From positions 50,181 through 70,180 of the forward strand of contig NW_005201154.1 in NCBI RefSeq assembly GCF_000372725.1: a stretch of 20,000 nucleotides of DNA. Reading direction: 5' to 3'. How positions within the stretch are numbered: the stretch's first letter is position 1; each line of letters opens with the position of its first letter. The translations under genes and the position numbers were made by a program. Source of the DNA: Emiliania huxleyi CCMP1516. Its lineage: Eukaryota. This document shows positions 1-9,239 of the stretch, piece by piece. The notes below the pieces were generated by a model. The model ran no database searches. It worked only from the letters and a program-made list of their open reading frames with translations, and was not told where the DNA came from.

Positions 1-1
1 C

Positions 2-1549
2 ACGCAGCGGTACCTCTCTGACCTCGGCTCCTACTCCAAGCCGTTTTCGCGCGAGTTGACGCCGAGGGCGGTGCTGCGCCTGCCCCCCGGCGACACGGCG
101 CCGGGACCCTCCGAGGCGCGCGAGTACATATCCAACCAGTCGCGCATCGCCGACGAGCTCTGCGACGGAGCTCACGTGTGGATCGAAGTCGGTGACGGCA
201 AGCCAAACTCGGGCGTGGGCAGCCGCCAGCTTCCTCGGGGTGAGAGCAGCCTCGCCCGCCGCCGGAGCCGTTCGTCCCGGGGCTCCTCGAGGATTCTGCT
301 CGCGGGCGGCGGCAGCGGCCTCTTGGAGGCAGATGACGGCGACGGCGACGGCGACGGCGTCCGGCAGATCAGCCCCCTCGAGGCGCAGCTCTTGCTCGCG
401 GGAGAGGGCGAGGGCGATGGGCAGGACAAGCGGCCAAAGATGCTGCGCCGGACGCGGACGGGGAACTTTCGAGACTGGCAGCTGGCTGGCCGCCAGGGCA
501 TGGTGAGCGGCTCCGGCGCTCCGGGGGGCGAGGAGGAGGAGGACGGGGCGGGGGATGGCGACGAGGCCGTCTACGAGGCCTTCCAAGCCGTGTGGAAGGC
601 GATGAACGTGGGCGACCTGCCGGGGTTCTCGCTCGTGGAGAGCGACTGCAGGGCCATCCTGTACCGCTTCTTCGAGCGCCTCGCCCACATCTACCGCGAG
701 TACTCCGCCTCGAACCACCCGCACGGAGGGGCGCCCGCAAGCATGTTCACCATGTCGCTGGCAGAGTTTTGGAAGTTCTGCCAAAACTCGCGCGCCACGA
801 CCCGCTACCTGAACCTCGCGCAAATCACACTGCTCTTCACCTCCATCAACTCCAAGAACAGGGACGACCCCTTCAACCCGCGCCGCGCCTTTACCCTGCA
901 CGAGTTTCTGGAGTCGATCGTGCGGCTCTCCGTGATGCGGCAAGCCAAGCCGCACAACCCGGAAGTGCCGCTGCCCGACTGCCTCGAGGAGTTCCTTACG
1001 GAGCATGTCTTCAAGCATGACCTCTTCGTCTCCAATGGTCAGATTGTGCGGGAGCGACTCGCCGAGAGCGAGTGCAGCGAGGTCTTTGTGCGGCACTCTG
1101 CAAAACTGCAGGCCATCTTCGAGGCCTACACATCGAAGGACAACTCAAAGGAGCACATGGGCCTCATCACGTTCGACGACTGGCTGCACATGTTCAAGGC
1201 GGCACAGCTCATCGACTCGGCGCTCACCATCACCGAGCTGCGGCAGGCCTTCGTGTCGGCCCAGATCGACGAGGCGCTCGTTGACTTTGAGGCCGATTCG
1301 TGCCGCACGCTCATCTACATCGAGTTTGAAGAGGCGCTCGGGCGCGCGGCGCTGCTAAAGTTCGCCGAGGACGACGTGGCGTCGGACGCGGAGAAGGTGA
1401 ACGAGATTGTGACCCTGCTTATCGCGTCCCCTGTGGGGAGCGGTAGGAGGCTGACCAGCTGGGAGGCGACCCGCTCCGCCTCGGCCCGGAGGTCGCGCAC
1501 TCCCGCAAACACCGTGCGCGAGAGCCGAGAGGGGGGGCGAGGTGCGTGA
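2..1549 (+). CDS. 5'-partial protein with C-terminal EF-hand-like helical domain (resembles RSPH10B C-terminus / algal flagellar-associated proteins)
   Basis: Frame is open from base 2 to TGA 1547-1549 with strong GC3 codon bias. Motifs MSLAEFWKFC, FTLHEFLESIVRLS, ITFDDWLHMF and LIYIEFEEALGRAA. The start lies upstream of the window. Confidence 0.7.
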   Translation, partial: TQRYLSDLGSYSKPFSRELTPRAVLRLPPGDTAPGPSEAREYISNQSRIADELCDGAHVWIEVGDGKPNSGVGSRQLPRGESSLARRRSRSSRGSSRILLAGGGSGLLEADDGDGDGDGVRQISPLEAQLLLAGEGEGDGQDKRPKMLRRTRTGNFRDWQLAGRQGMVSGSGAPGGEEEEDGAGDGDEAVYEAFQAVWKAMNVGDLPGFSLVESDCRAILYRFFERLAHIYREYSASNHPHGGAPASMFTMSLAEFWKFCQNSRATTRYLNLAQITLLFTSINSKNRDDPFNPRRAFTLHEFLESIVRLSVMRQAKPHNPEVPLPDCLEEFLTEHVFKHDLFVSNGQIVRERLAESECSEVFVRHSAKLQAIFEAYTSKDNSKEHMGLITFDDWLHMFKAAQLIDSALTITELRQAFVSAQIDEALVDFEADSCRTLIYIEFEEALGRAALLKFAEDDVASDAEKVNEIVTLLIASPVGSGRRLTSWEATRSASARRSRTPANTVRESREGGRGA

Positions 1550-1670
1550 GCTTCACATCTCGTTACGAGATGTGATGGGGGCATGGGGGAGGAGGGAGTG
1601 CGGACTGGCGGGTTGCGAACACAGGGGGGGGGGGGGGGAGAAGAAGGGTTTGACGAGACACGCCCACCAG

Positions 1671-1815
1671 GGTTCCGGCTCCTACCCAGATAGGGGGTCT
1701 GTTCCCCATGACTCGCACCAAAACGCCCTACCTACCTACCTATTGCGGGCGCCAACCGCCAGGCTCCGTGCCCCACCTACCTACCTATTGCGGGGCCGCG
1801 CAGCGAAGCGAAAAA
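1671..1815 (+). mobile_element. Orphan end of a PIF/Harbinger-like TIR element (same family as 5200-5424)
   Basis: GGTTCCGGCTCCTACCCAGATAGGGGGTCTGT preceded by CAG (1668-1670). Subterminal GACTCGC.CCAAAACGCCCTACCTACCTACCTAT and GGCCGCGCAGCGAAGCGAAAAA match the reverse complement of the right end of the 5200-5424 MITE. Confidence 0.85.
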
Positions 1816-2001
1816 TACCAGTTGAGCCCTCTGTGAATAAATACATTGTAGGCTCCCAGCGCCCGCCGCGCCCCCCCCCCCCCCCGGCTTGTACCGCGGT
1901 GCAAGGTGGTAATGTGATAGAATACAATCCGACGATGCCCCCGCGCCGCTCGCGAGCCCGCCAGAACCCAGGGGCTCGCTGTATCAGATACTGCAGAGGC
2001 A

Positions 2002-3529
2002 ATGATGCCCGCCGTCGCCGCCGACCGCGAGGGCCTGTGCGAGCTTGCCACCCGAACTTCAGCTGCTGATCATGCGTTCTCTGCCGCACAGTGTGTTGAC
2101 GAGCACCGCGAAGATGAGCAAGGCTCTCTGCTCTGTGGTCGCGCGGCGCGCCGCCGACTCAGACCTATGCGATAACCTGGTGGAATTCATCTCTGACCAG
2201 AAGCAACGTGCCGAGAGAACTGCGTCGGGGCGAACTCGACGGGGCGACCTCGACGCCCTGATGGAGGCCGTAGATCGTGGGCGTGCGCTGGGGTTGGAAA
2301 TGCCGCAGAGCCCGTTCCTCCAAAGAGCGCCCGGGCTGCGCGGGCAGGAGCTCCGAGCGCTCTGCCTTGAGGTGTACTACCCAAGAAGACTCAAGCCGCA
2401 CCGCGACCGGAACGGCATCGTAACGGCCGCGCAGGCCGCAGCGCGTGCGCTCGAGAGATGGGACGCAGGCTCAGAGGCGCGGGTTGTCCATACTCTCCTC
2501 TCTGAGCTGCACTCGCACTTTGCAAAGCTCCACGTGTCGCTGCTCTGCGCCGCGGCAGTCGGGAGCACGCCGGAGCAGATCATCGCCCACGTGAAGGCGA
2601 CACCAGAACCGCTTCGCCGAGCGACATGGTCGGTTTGGAATGGCGAGAGAGGGGTGCGAGAGCGAGCTCACGGCCTTGACGGCTGGATGGCTCGGATCGG
2701 TGCGATTGCTGGGATGACCCTGCAGCGCGCTGCGTGGACGCCACCCCTCGTTCTAGAGCTGTGGAGGGCGGCAGAGCGGCTGGACAAGGGGCTGTGCGGC
2801 GTGACCACCAGCGGCATCGCGCGCCTCCAGATGATGCTCTCCGAGCCCGAGGGTGGGCGCGAGCTGTATCGGGCCTTCGACGGCGAGACCGACGAGGCGC
2901 CGCACTGCCTCCGCCGCAAGCCAGGGTTATTCTACCTCCGTTCGGCAGTCTTGCAGCTCGCCCTTGCGGCCTTGCACGAGACTTCGCCCGAGCCTGCCTG
3001 GCTCGCCCGGATTACCGTCAAGCTGTATGAGCCCATCCGCGAGCCGGAGAACTGGGAGGGCCCCGAACTGGCAGAGCTCCGCGAGCGAGAGCGCGCGAGG
3101 GGCGAGTGGGTCGCTGCGCAGTCGGGGCGCATATTGCTCGATCCGCACGGCCTCGCGGACTTGATCAAGGCGTTGCCCTGCCAAGCCTTGGACCTCGTCT
3201 TCCCTCCGGAGCTGCTGCCCGAGTACGAGCTGGAAGAGATGGTCGCCCTCCGCGTCTGCGCGCTCCAAAGCTTCCTCCGCGCCTGGGCGCGGGAGACGCG
3301 CGCTCTTCTCGCGTGGCCTGCCGGGAGGGAGCCGCTCGCCCTCCTGCTCGATGTCGTCTTCGAGCTGCACGACCGCGACGAGACCCTCAAGCGAGCGGTG
3401 CAGCCAGTGCTGCTCCAGTGGATGCCTCGGCTCCTCCGCCTCATGAGCGAGAGCGCGGCCGGCATCGATGTCGAGTTCATCGAGAGGATGGGCGCCGTGT
3501 CGATAATGCCCGAGGATTTGGAGGACTAG
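2002..3529 (+). CDS. Intronless F-box-motif protein with an apparent 1-nt frameshift at ~2044-2046
   Basis: ORF 2045-3529 begins LPPELQLLIMRSLPHSVLTSTAKMSKALCSVV (F-box pattern) but has an in-frame stop at 2003 and no upstream ATG. ATG 2002 gives MMPAVAADREGLCEL in the adjacent frame. Confidence 0.65.
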
Positions 3530-4012
3530 ATGTTTGGCCGCGCGCACAATGGCCGCCGAGACGCTCGCCTCGATCCTCGGCAAGAACGGGCAACTGTGGG
3601 ATGGGAAGGGGCCGCGGTAGCCACAGGGAGGCGGATAGAGCACGAGGGACGCAAGGTGCCAAATATAGGCTTGGGTGGCGTCGCCGCGGGGGTGCCACGG
3701 CCGTGATGCTGACTGCGGCAACGTTTTGACTCTGCGGGGATCTCTTCTGTGCGCCATCTCGCCTCATGCGTCATGGGCGGAGGGCACTGGGCTGGGGTAG
3801 GTTTGTGCACATTCATCTTTCATGCGGGCTGTGGGAGAGGTTTGTGCACATGCGACATGCATGGGGACTCCGGGCCAGCGAGTGCGTGTGTAGCGTAGAG
3901 CATTCCGCGCGCGAGCCCATCGATGTGGCGGACTGTGGAGCCGCGGACAGCCGTCCGGTCCGCGGGGGGTGCGCGCATGGCCGCCGGTAGGTGAGGGGTG
4001 AGCGCGCGAATG

Positions 4013-4115
4013 CACACATACACAGTACACATACACATACACAGTACACATACACAGGATAGCACCCCCCCGCCTCTCTATAGAGCCGTATACTATAGAG
4101 CCGTAGAGAGAGAGA
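4013..4115. repeat. Simple repeats (CA/CATA-rich tract and tandem TATAGAGCCGTA)
   Basis: CACACATACACAGTACACATACACATACACAGTACACATACAC, followed by CTATAGAGCCGTA twice. Confidence 0.7.
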
Positions 4116-4470
4116 CGGTCTGCCCAGAGAGCATCAGCAACCATGATGCATGTCGTAGAGCGGGGAGGGTGCAGGAGAGAGAGGGGCGCTTTAGTAAGCG
4201 TTGATTTGCATGACAGTACGATTGACCACTGTTACACAGTCTCGAACAGCAGTCGATCGATAGAGGCCTCTCGCAGTCGCACGCACACCCAAACGTCTCA
4301 CACTCCTACCCAACCGTTTTGTGGCTCCAGCACTCCACATACGTCAGTCTCACCACTGATGCCTCGGCACGGTATCGCGGCGAGTCGCTGCCGCGCACGA
4401 CGCGCGCGTCTCCCTCAAACGCCATCGCACACACGTATCACGGTTGTCCGACAGTGCCAGCAGCGCGGCC

Positions 4471-5094
4471 TCAGCTCGCGACAAAGGGCGGCTGTTTGGA
4501 GCTCGTCCACCCCGCCGCCGGGCCCGTCCGGTTGTGCACAAGAGGCGGCGCGTCCTTGGTGGACGTCTTGCCGGCCGGGTGGTTTGGCGTGTAGGACGGG
4601 TTCGGACCCAGGCGCGGGGAAAAGTCGACCGCCCAGCCCCCGCAGTGATTGACCTGCACGAGCGGCGACCACCACTCGCCCGGGTGCGCTGGGTCGCCAG
4701 CGCCGCCCTGCGACGGCGGCGGACCGCTCCAGTGCAGCGGCTCCTGGCACGGCTCGCAATACGTCCACCAGAAGCGGACGACCGGGTCGGCGGCGACGCG
4801 CGCCATGTCGGCGTCAAAGTCTGTGCCGACGTAGATGAACTGATGGAACATCATGTTCGTGGTGGGATGAAACCACACGACGAAGTCGCGCATGTTGCTC
4901 GCATACATTCTCGCCATCACCTCCTCCCACGTTTTGTCGTGCAGCTGCTGGTACTGCTCGATCAGCTCGGGCCGGGCGCGAATCATGCCAGCGTGGTACG
5001 TGCCTCCCCGCAAGCGTCGCCGCCGAAGCCGATCGAGGATCGCAAAGGCGGCAGCGCCGGCGGCGGCGCCGAGGAGGAGTGAGCGGCACTCCAT
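4471..5094 (-). CDS. L-rhamnose mutarotase family protein (RhaM/DUF718) with N-terminal hydrophobic anchor, 207 aa
   Basis: RPELIEQYQQLHDKTWEEV...NMRDFVVWF...YVGTDFDADMARVAADPVVRFWWTYCEPCQ...GEWWSPLVQV matches the family pattern (YxxxH, WW, WWxxxxxV). ATG at 5094, TGA at 4471, no introns. Confidence 0.85.
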   Translation of the reverse strand: MECRSLLLGAAAGAAAFAILDRLRRRRLRGGTYHAGMIRARPELIEQYQQLHDKTWEEVMARMYASNMRDFVVWFHPTTNMMFHQFIYVGTDFDADMARVAADPVVRFWWTYCEPCQEPLHWSGPPPSQGGAGDPAHPGEWWSPLVQVNHCGGWAVDFSPRLGPNPSYTPNHPAGKTSTKDAPPLVHNRTGPAAGWTSSKQPPFVAS

Positions 5095-5199
5095 ACACAC
5101 GTTTTGAACTTTCGGCGAGGTCGTTGTCAGAGAGAGTTGTTGTTGTTGTCGTCGTCACAGCAACCGCTGGCGAGGGAGTCGTCGAGAAGCTGCCTCCAG

Positions 5200-5424
5200 G
5201 GTTCCGGCTCCTACCCAGATAGGGGGTCTGTCAGACTGGCTGGCCCCTCCCAGATAGGTAGGTAGGTTGGTCTTGTTTGGCCCAAAAGGGCCCTGCAATA
5301 GGTAGGTACCCCCTCTTTTCATCTTTTTTCGCTTCGCTGCGCGGCCTGGGGATAGGTAGGTAGGTAGGGCGTTTTGGCGCGAGTCAGTCCCAACAGACCC
5401 CCTATCCGGGTAGGAGCCGGAACC
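5200..5424. mobile_element. 225-bp MITE, PIF/Harbinger-like
   Basis: 32-bp TIRs GGTTCCGGCTCCTACCC(A/G)GATAGGGGGTCTGT with 1 mismatch. CAG duplicated at 5197-5199 and 5425-5427. Internal TAGG/CCTA repeats, no coding capacity. Confidence 0.9.
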
Positions 5425-5833
5425 CAGGGCCGCCTCAAGGGCAACGCAGGTCGATTTCTTTTTCACTATTTCACTTTTGGTTATAGCAGATCAAGGCAGA
5501 GAGAGAGATTTTGTTGTTGTCAAGGCACAGAGCTCACACAAATCACAGGTGGACTGTGATCTGTGTGACTCCTCGGGGTTTCTGGCGACTCTTGACGTAG
5601 TCGGTCGGTAATAAATAAATAAATAAAATGCTTTGCCAAGAACAGACCTAAAAACAAAATAAAACGGACACATAAATAAATAAATACAACGGACATCCCA
5701 AGCTAGGCCTAGGGCTGGGTCGAGGACAGACACGTCCCCACCTTTGCAGGATTTTGCAAAAGCGAGGGGGGAGGGCGCATCGCCGCGCGGAGAGGGCTGG
5801 GCACAGGGCACAGGGATCTCTCTCGCATAGGAT

Positions 5834-6020
5834 CGTCTGAACCACACGTGTCCCTCCATTCACACTCTCCCAGTCCTTCCTGGTCTAGTGCCCGTCTTCT
5901 CCGCCCGTCGTGCTGAGTTGGTCGCACCTTCGTGCTTTCTTCGTCCTTCAGACGTTTCACCTAGAGCAAGCAGGGCGGAGCGCCCCTTGGTCCACCCGCC
6001 GCCCGGGTGGGGCTTGCACG
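5834..6020 (+). repeat. 5' LTR (CGT...ACG termini)
   Basis: Identical to 6840-7026 except G6001 versus A7007. Confidence 0.95.
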
Positions 6021-6028
6021 TGGCAGCG
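6021..6028 (+). promoter_or_regulatory. Primer binding site (possibly tRNA-Leu)
   Basis: TGGCAGCG directly abuts the 5' LTR and is complementary to a tRNA 3' end CGCTGCCA. The tRNA identity is an inference from eukaryotic tRNA-Leu ends. Confidence 0.6.
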
Positions 6029-6087
6029 ACTCGACTGGTCGCGTCAGCCCCTTTGTGAAGCCCGACACGCTATCCACTGCTCAGGCC

Positions 6088-6485
6088 ATGCCTGACACGC
6101 CCACCAAAGCCTTGGAGTATTCCGAAATTCGGGATCTCCTACATGGCGCTAAACAAGAAGCTGATGCAATGGTGACGGAATGCAGTTTCGACCGTGCCGC
6201 CGCCCTCGACGGGCTTGCGGCGAACCTGGCCACTCTTCTCGAGTGGAGCCGACTGCATCACAACGATGGCATCGGTTTCTTCCTCATTACGAATGGCGCT
6301 GTCTACATAGACAACATTGCGCCCACTGTTTGCTGCACCCAACACGATGCGGTGCGCTGCGCGCGCTACGAGCTGAAGCTGCTCAAGACGCGTGACTTTG
6401 CCGACTTGCTCGAGTTCGTCGCCGATGACAGTCAGTCACCCACCGCCGATGATTTTGCGCAGGTCGGAACTGTCCACAAGACGTC
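6088..6485 (+). pseudogene. Probable N-terminal gag-region remnant of the copia element
   Basis: ATG 67 nt after the 5' LTR (MPDTPTKALEYSEIRDLL...). Assigned by position only; no gag motif recognised. The frame continues to 6615, out of frame with the RNase H remnant. Confidence 0.5.
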
Positions 6486-6653
6486 TTCATCCGCGAGGCC
6501 ATCGAGGAAGCCAAGATCTGTGTTCCTTTCGTCCGCAGCGACGAGAACCTTGCCGACTTCTTCACGAAGCCGCTCAAACCCCAGCGCTTCTTCGAGCTGC
6601 GGGACAAGATCATGAATGTCAAGGAGCCTTCCTCCCAGTCGGATGGGAAGTGA
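6486..6653 (+). pseudogene. Ty1/copia pol RNase H C-terminal fragment
   Basis: Translates as FIREAIEEAKICVPFVRSDENLADFFTKPLKPQRFFELRDKIMNVKEPSSQSDGK*, containing the copia hallmark (H)FIRE...NLADxFTKPL. Not in the supplied ORF track. Confidence 0.9.
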
Positions 6654-6828
6654 ATCTCCGTCACCGATCCGTCACCGAGACGGAGCGCGGGCGCCGGCCG
6701 CGAGCGCGAACAGTGCCGCCCCGCCCCCACCCGCGAGAGCCATAGACTCTCCAGTGCATGTCATCCAGTCCATGCCCCGTCGAGAGGGACACTCTCCTCT
6801 CTATCCATGTGAGTGACTCGACTACGTC

Positions 6829-6839
6829 GAGGGGGGGGA
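6829..6839 (+). promoter_or_regulatory. Polypurine tract
   Basis: GAGGGGGGGGA immediately before the 3' LTR. Confidence 0.9.
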
Positions 6840-7026
6840 CGTCTGAACCACACGTGTCCCTCCATTCACACTCTCCCAGTCCTTCCTGGTCTAGTGCCCG
6901 TCTTCTCCGCCCGTCGTGCTGAGTTGGTCGCACCTTCGTGCTTTCTTCGTCCTTCAGACGTTTCACCTAGAGCAAGCAGGGCGGAGCGCCCCTTGGTCCA
7001 CCCGCCACCCGGGTGGGGCTTGCACG
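6840..7026 (+). repeat. 3' LTR (CGT...ACG termini)
   Basis: 187-bp copy of 5834-6020, followed by TSD AGGAT. Confidence 0.95.
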
Positions 7027-7295
7027 AGGATATGCACTCGGCGGCACGAGGGCAAGGCTGCGGACACAAAGAAAGAAAGAAAACAGACAACCCAAGGCGC
7101 AAGGGAGGGATGGCGCGGATGGGAGGACGGCACGCCGCCACCACACAGGGATTTTAAGGAGAGGAGTGTGGTGCTAGCCGTCGCCCACCCTAGGGAGTCT
7201 GCCTCTTCCTATCTCTCTTCGCAGTCTCTCGCCGCTTCTCGCTGCGGACAAACCAAACAACCCCGAAGTTTCTTTACTCGCGCCAACCAATTGCC

Positions 7296-8320
7296 ATGGC
7301 ATACTTCGCGCTCAGCTCTCTCGCGCTCAAGCTGCCTGCCGCCCCGCCTACCGGCGCCGTCGTCGGCCGCGCCCTCGCCGTCGCCGGACCGCTCGCCGCG
7401 CCGTCCGCGGTGCACGCCTCGACGGCGGCCGCCGCCTCAACCCTCGCGCTCGCCGAGATCGACTGGTCGTACGAGCTGAACAGACCGCCGATTATTCTGT
7501 CGCCCTTCGAGGTGACGCCGGTCGGCTGGACGCTCGCCGCGCTCTACGTCGGCTGGTTCTCCTGGTCCATCTTCCGGCCGCAGTCCGAGGCCGAGGCGGC
7601 GGCGTGGGAGAAGCAGGAGGCGGCGGCGTCCGAGATGGCGGCCGCAGCGGGCGCCTTCCTGCGCGAGGCGTCTGCCGAGGAGGGGGCGACGACGAGCGCC
7701 TCGGGCCTCGTCTTCAAGAGCCATGCCGAGGGCGAAGGCGCTTGCCCGACGATGGAGGACACGGTGGTTGTGCAGTACAAGGGCTCGCTCGCCGACGGCA
7801 CCGTCTTCGACTCGTCGTACGACCGCGAAAAGCCGACCGAGTTCAAGCTCAAGCAAGTGATCAAGGGGTGGGGCGAGGGGCTGCAGCGCATGCGGCCCGG
7901 CGGGAAGGCGGCGCTTCCTAGACACTTCCTACGCCGCCTCTGGCTCACACCTCCGGAACAGGCGACGCTCACCGCCCCAGATTACCCGAGATTACCCGAG
8001 ATTAGGCGACGCTCACCATCCCGGCAGACCTCGCCTACGGACCGATGGGCGCGCCACCAACCATCCCGGGCAACGCCGCGCTGCGCTTCGAGGCGCGCCG
8101 CGGCAGTCCTGCCACCCCCGCCTCACCCCCGACCACTCCCCTCCCCCCGGGGCCACGTCTCGTGCGCTGTCACATCGGGCCGCTCCTCGGTCGCACGTGC
8201 GAGGGGCGGAGGCGTCGCGGCGTCGGGTCCCCTCCCTCGAGCCCCCTCCCCCCCCCCCTCCCCCCCTTCAAGGTCGAGCTGCTCGAGGTCAAGGAGAAGT
8301 CGGGCTTCTCCCTCTTTTAG
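7296..8320 (+). CDS. FKBP-type peptidyl-prolyl isomerase, 3 exons (7296-7907, 8006-8092, 8273-8320), 248 aa, with N-terminal targeting-like leader and a TM helix
   Basis: VVVQYKGSLADGTVFDSSYDR...LKQVIKGWGEGLQRMRPGGK|ATLTIPADLAYG...IPGNAALRFE|VELLEV; two phase-0 GC-AG introns. Confidence 0.93.
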
Positions 8321-9239
8321 CGCGCCGCGAGCTCGCCCCCCTCCTCCTTCCCGCCCACCCCGCCTACCCGCCTCCCTCGGCGCTCTGCCTCGCCGCGTGC
8401 CTTCAGCCTACCTCCCGGCCCACTGCCCGAGGACAGGGCGGAGGAGTCTGCGCGGCACAGCCCGGCGGCGGCGGCCGGCGGGGAGAAACTCGCGAGCGCA
8501 ACCGCTAGGGCCAGGCTCGCGGGCGGGCGGGCGACGCCCGCGGCCACGACGGCGAGAGTTGCCGAGCTCCCGTCCTCGTCGCCTGCGTGGGGTGGGCGCG
8601 TTGCCGTTTATCGACCGTTTAGCGTATTATTGATTCTCTTGTATCTCTTGACTCCTCTGGTAGAACGGGTATACGAGATTCGAGATGTATGTAGGGAGAA
8701 GGGAGTATTCGCAAAGAGGAGCCCCGCGCACGCACGACTCCGCAGGAGAAACCCCTCCCGCCCGTGCTTGCGCCAGCGCAGCCTCCTCCTCACAGAAAGA
8801 CTGCGGCCGCCACAGCAACTGAGCGTCTCGCTGGGCGCGGGGACGGGGTCGGGGAGCCATGCGAGATCACAAGACACAACGAAAAGAGGGACGTCCAAAA
8901 CGCAACACAAGAAGCCGCGGGACGCACGCACGTGTCCATCACCGGGATGAGATCGGGAGATACACACATCTGCCGAATATCTCCCGCTGGCATAGTTTGT
9001 TTGTTTTGTTGTTTATTTGTCTCTCGCGCCCCGAAGGCCGATCTGCACGGCAGCGGTTAGAACCTCGCGACTGGCTAGGTAGCCGCCCATCGGCGGAGCG
9101 CCGCCTCGCAGGGGTTTTGGCTCTGACGAGCCATGCTAGCTCCGGCCGCAGCCCCGCCCAGCCGCCCTTAGTTCGTCCCCTCAGTAGAGAAGACTAATCC
9201 TGGGGGAAGCAACCAACCGGATGCCACACAAGTGTCAAG

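Larger units (their letters stand above)
5834..7026 (+). mobile_element. Non-autonomous, internally deleted Ty1/copia LTR retrotransposon (1193 bp)
   Basis: Two 187-bp direct repeats with 1 mismatch; 5-bp TSD AGGAT (5829-5833 and 7027-7031); PBS-like TGGCAGCG at 6021; polypurine tract at 6829-6839; copia RNase H C-terminal remnant inside. Confidence 0.95.

Noticed and set aside
1542..2069. ORFs spanning the TIR ends (also 5155-5466) and other Arg/Pro/Ala-rich shadow ORFs
   Set aside because: These are translations of repeat DNA or alternate frames, expected at high GC content.
5710..7192. Possible hAT-like TIR pair TAGGGCTGGGTCGA / CGCCCACCCTA around the LTR element
   Set aside because: The match needs two gaps and the flanks show no TSD.
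7908..8633. C-terminal half of the 445-aa ORF 7296-8633
   Set aside because: It is read-through of intron 1; the FKBP domain continues in spliced exons ending at 8320.
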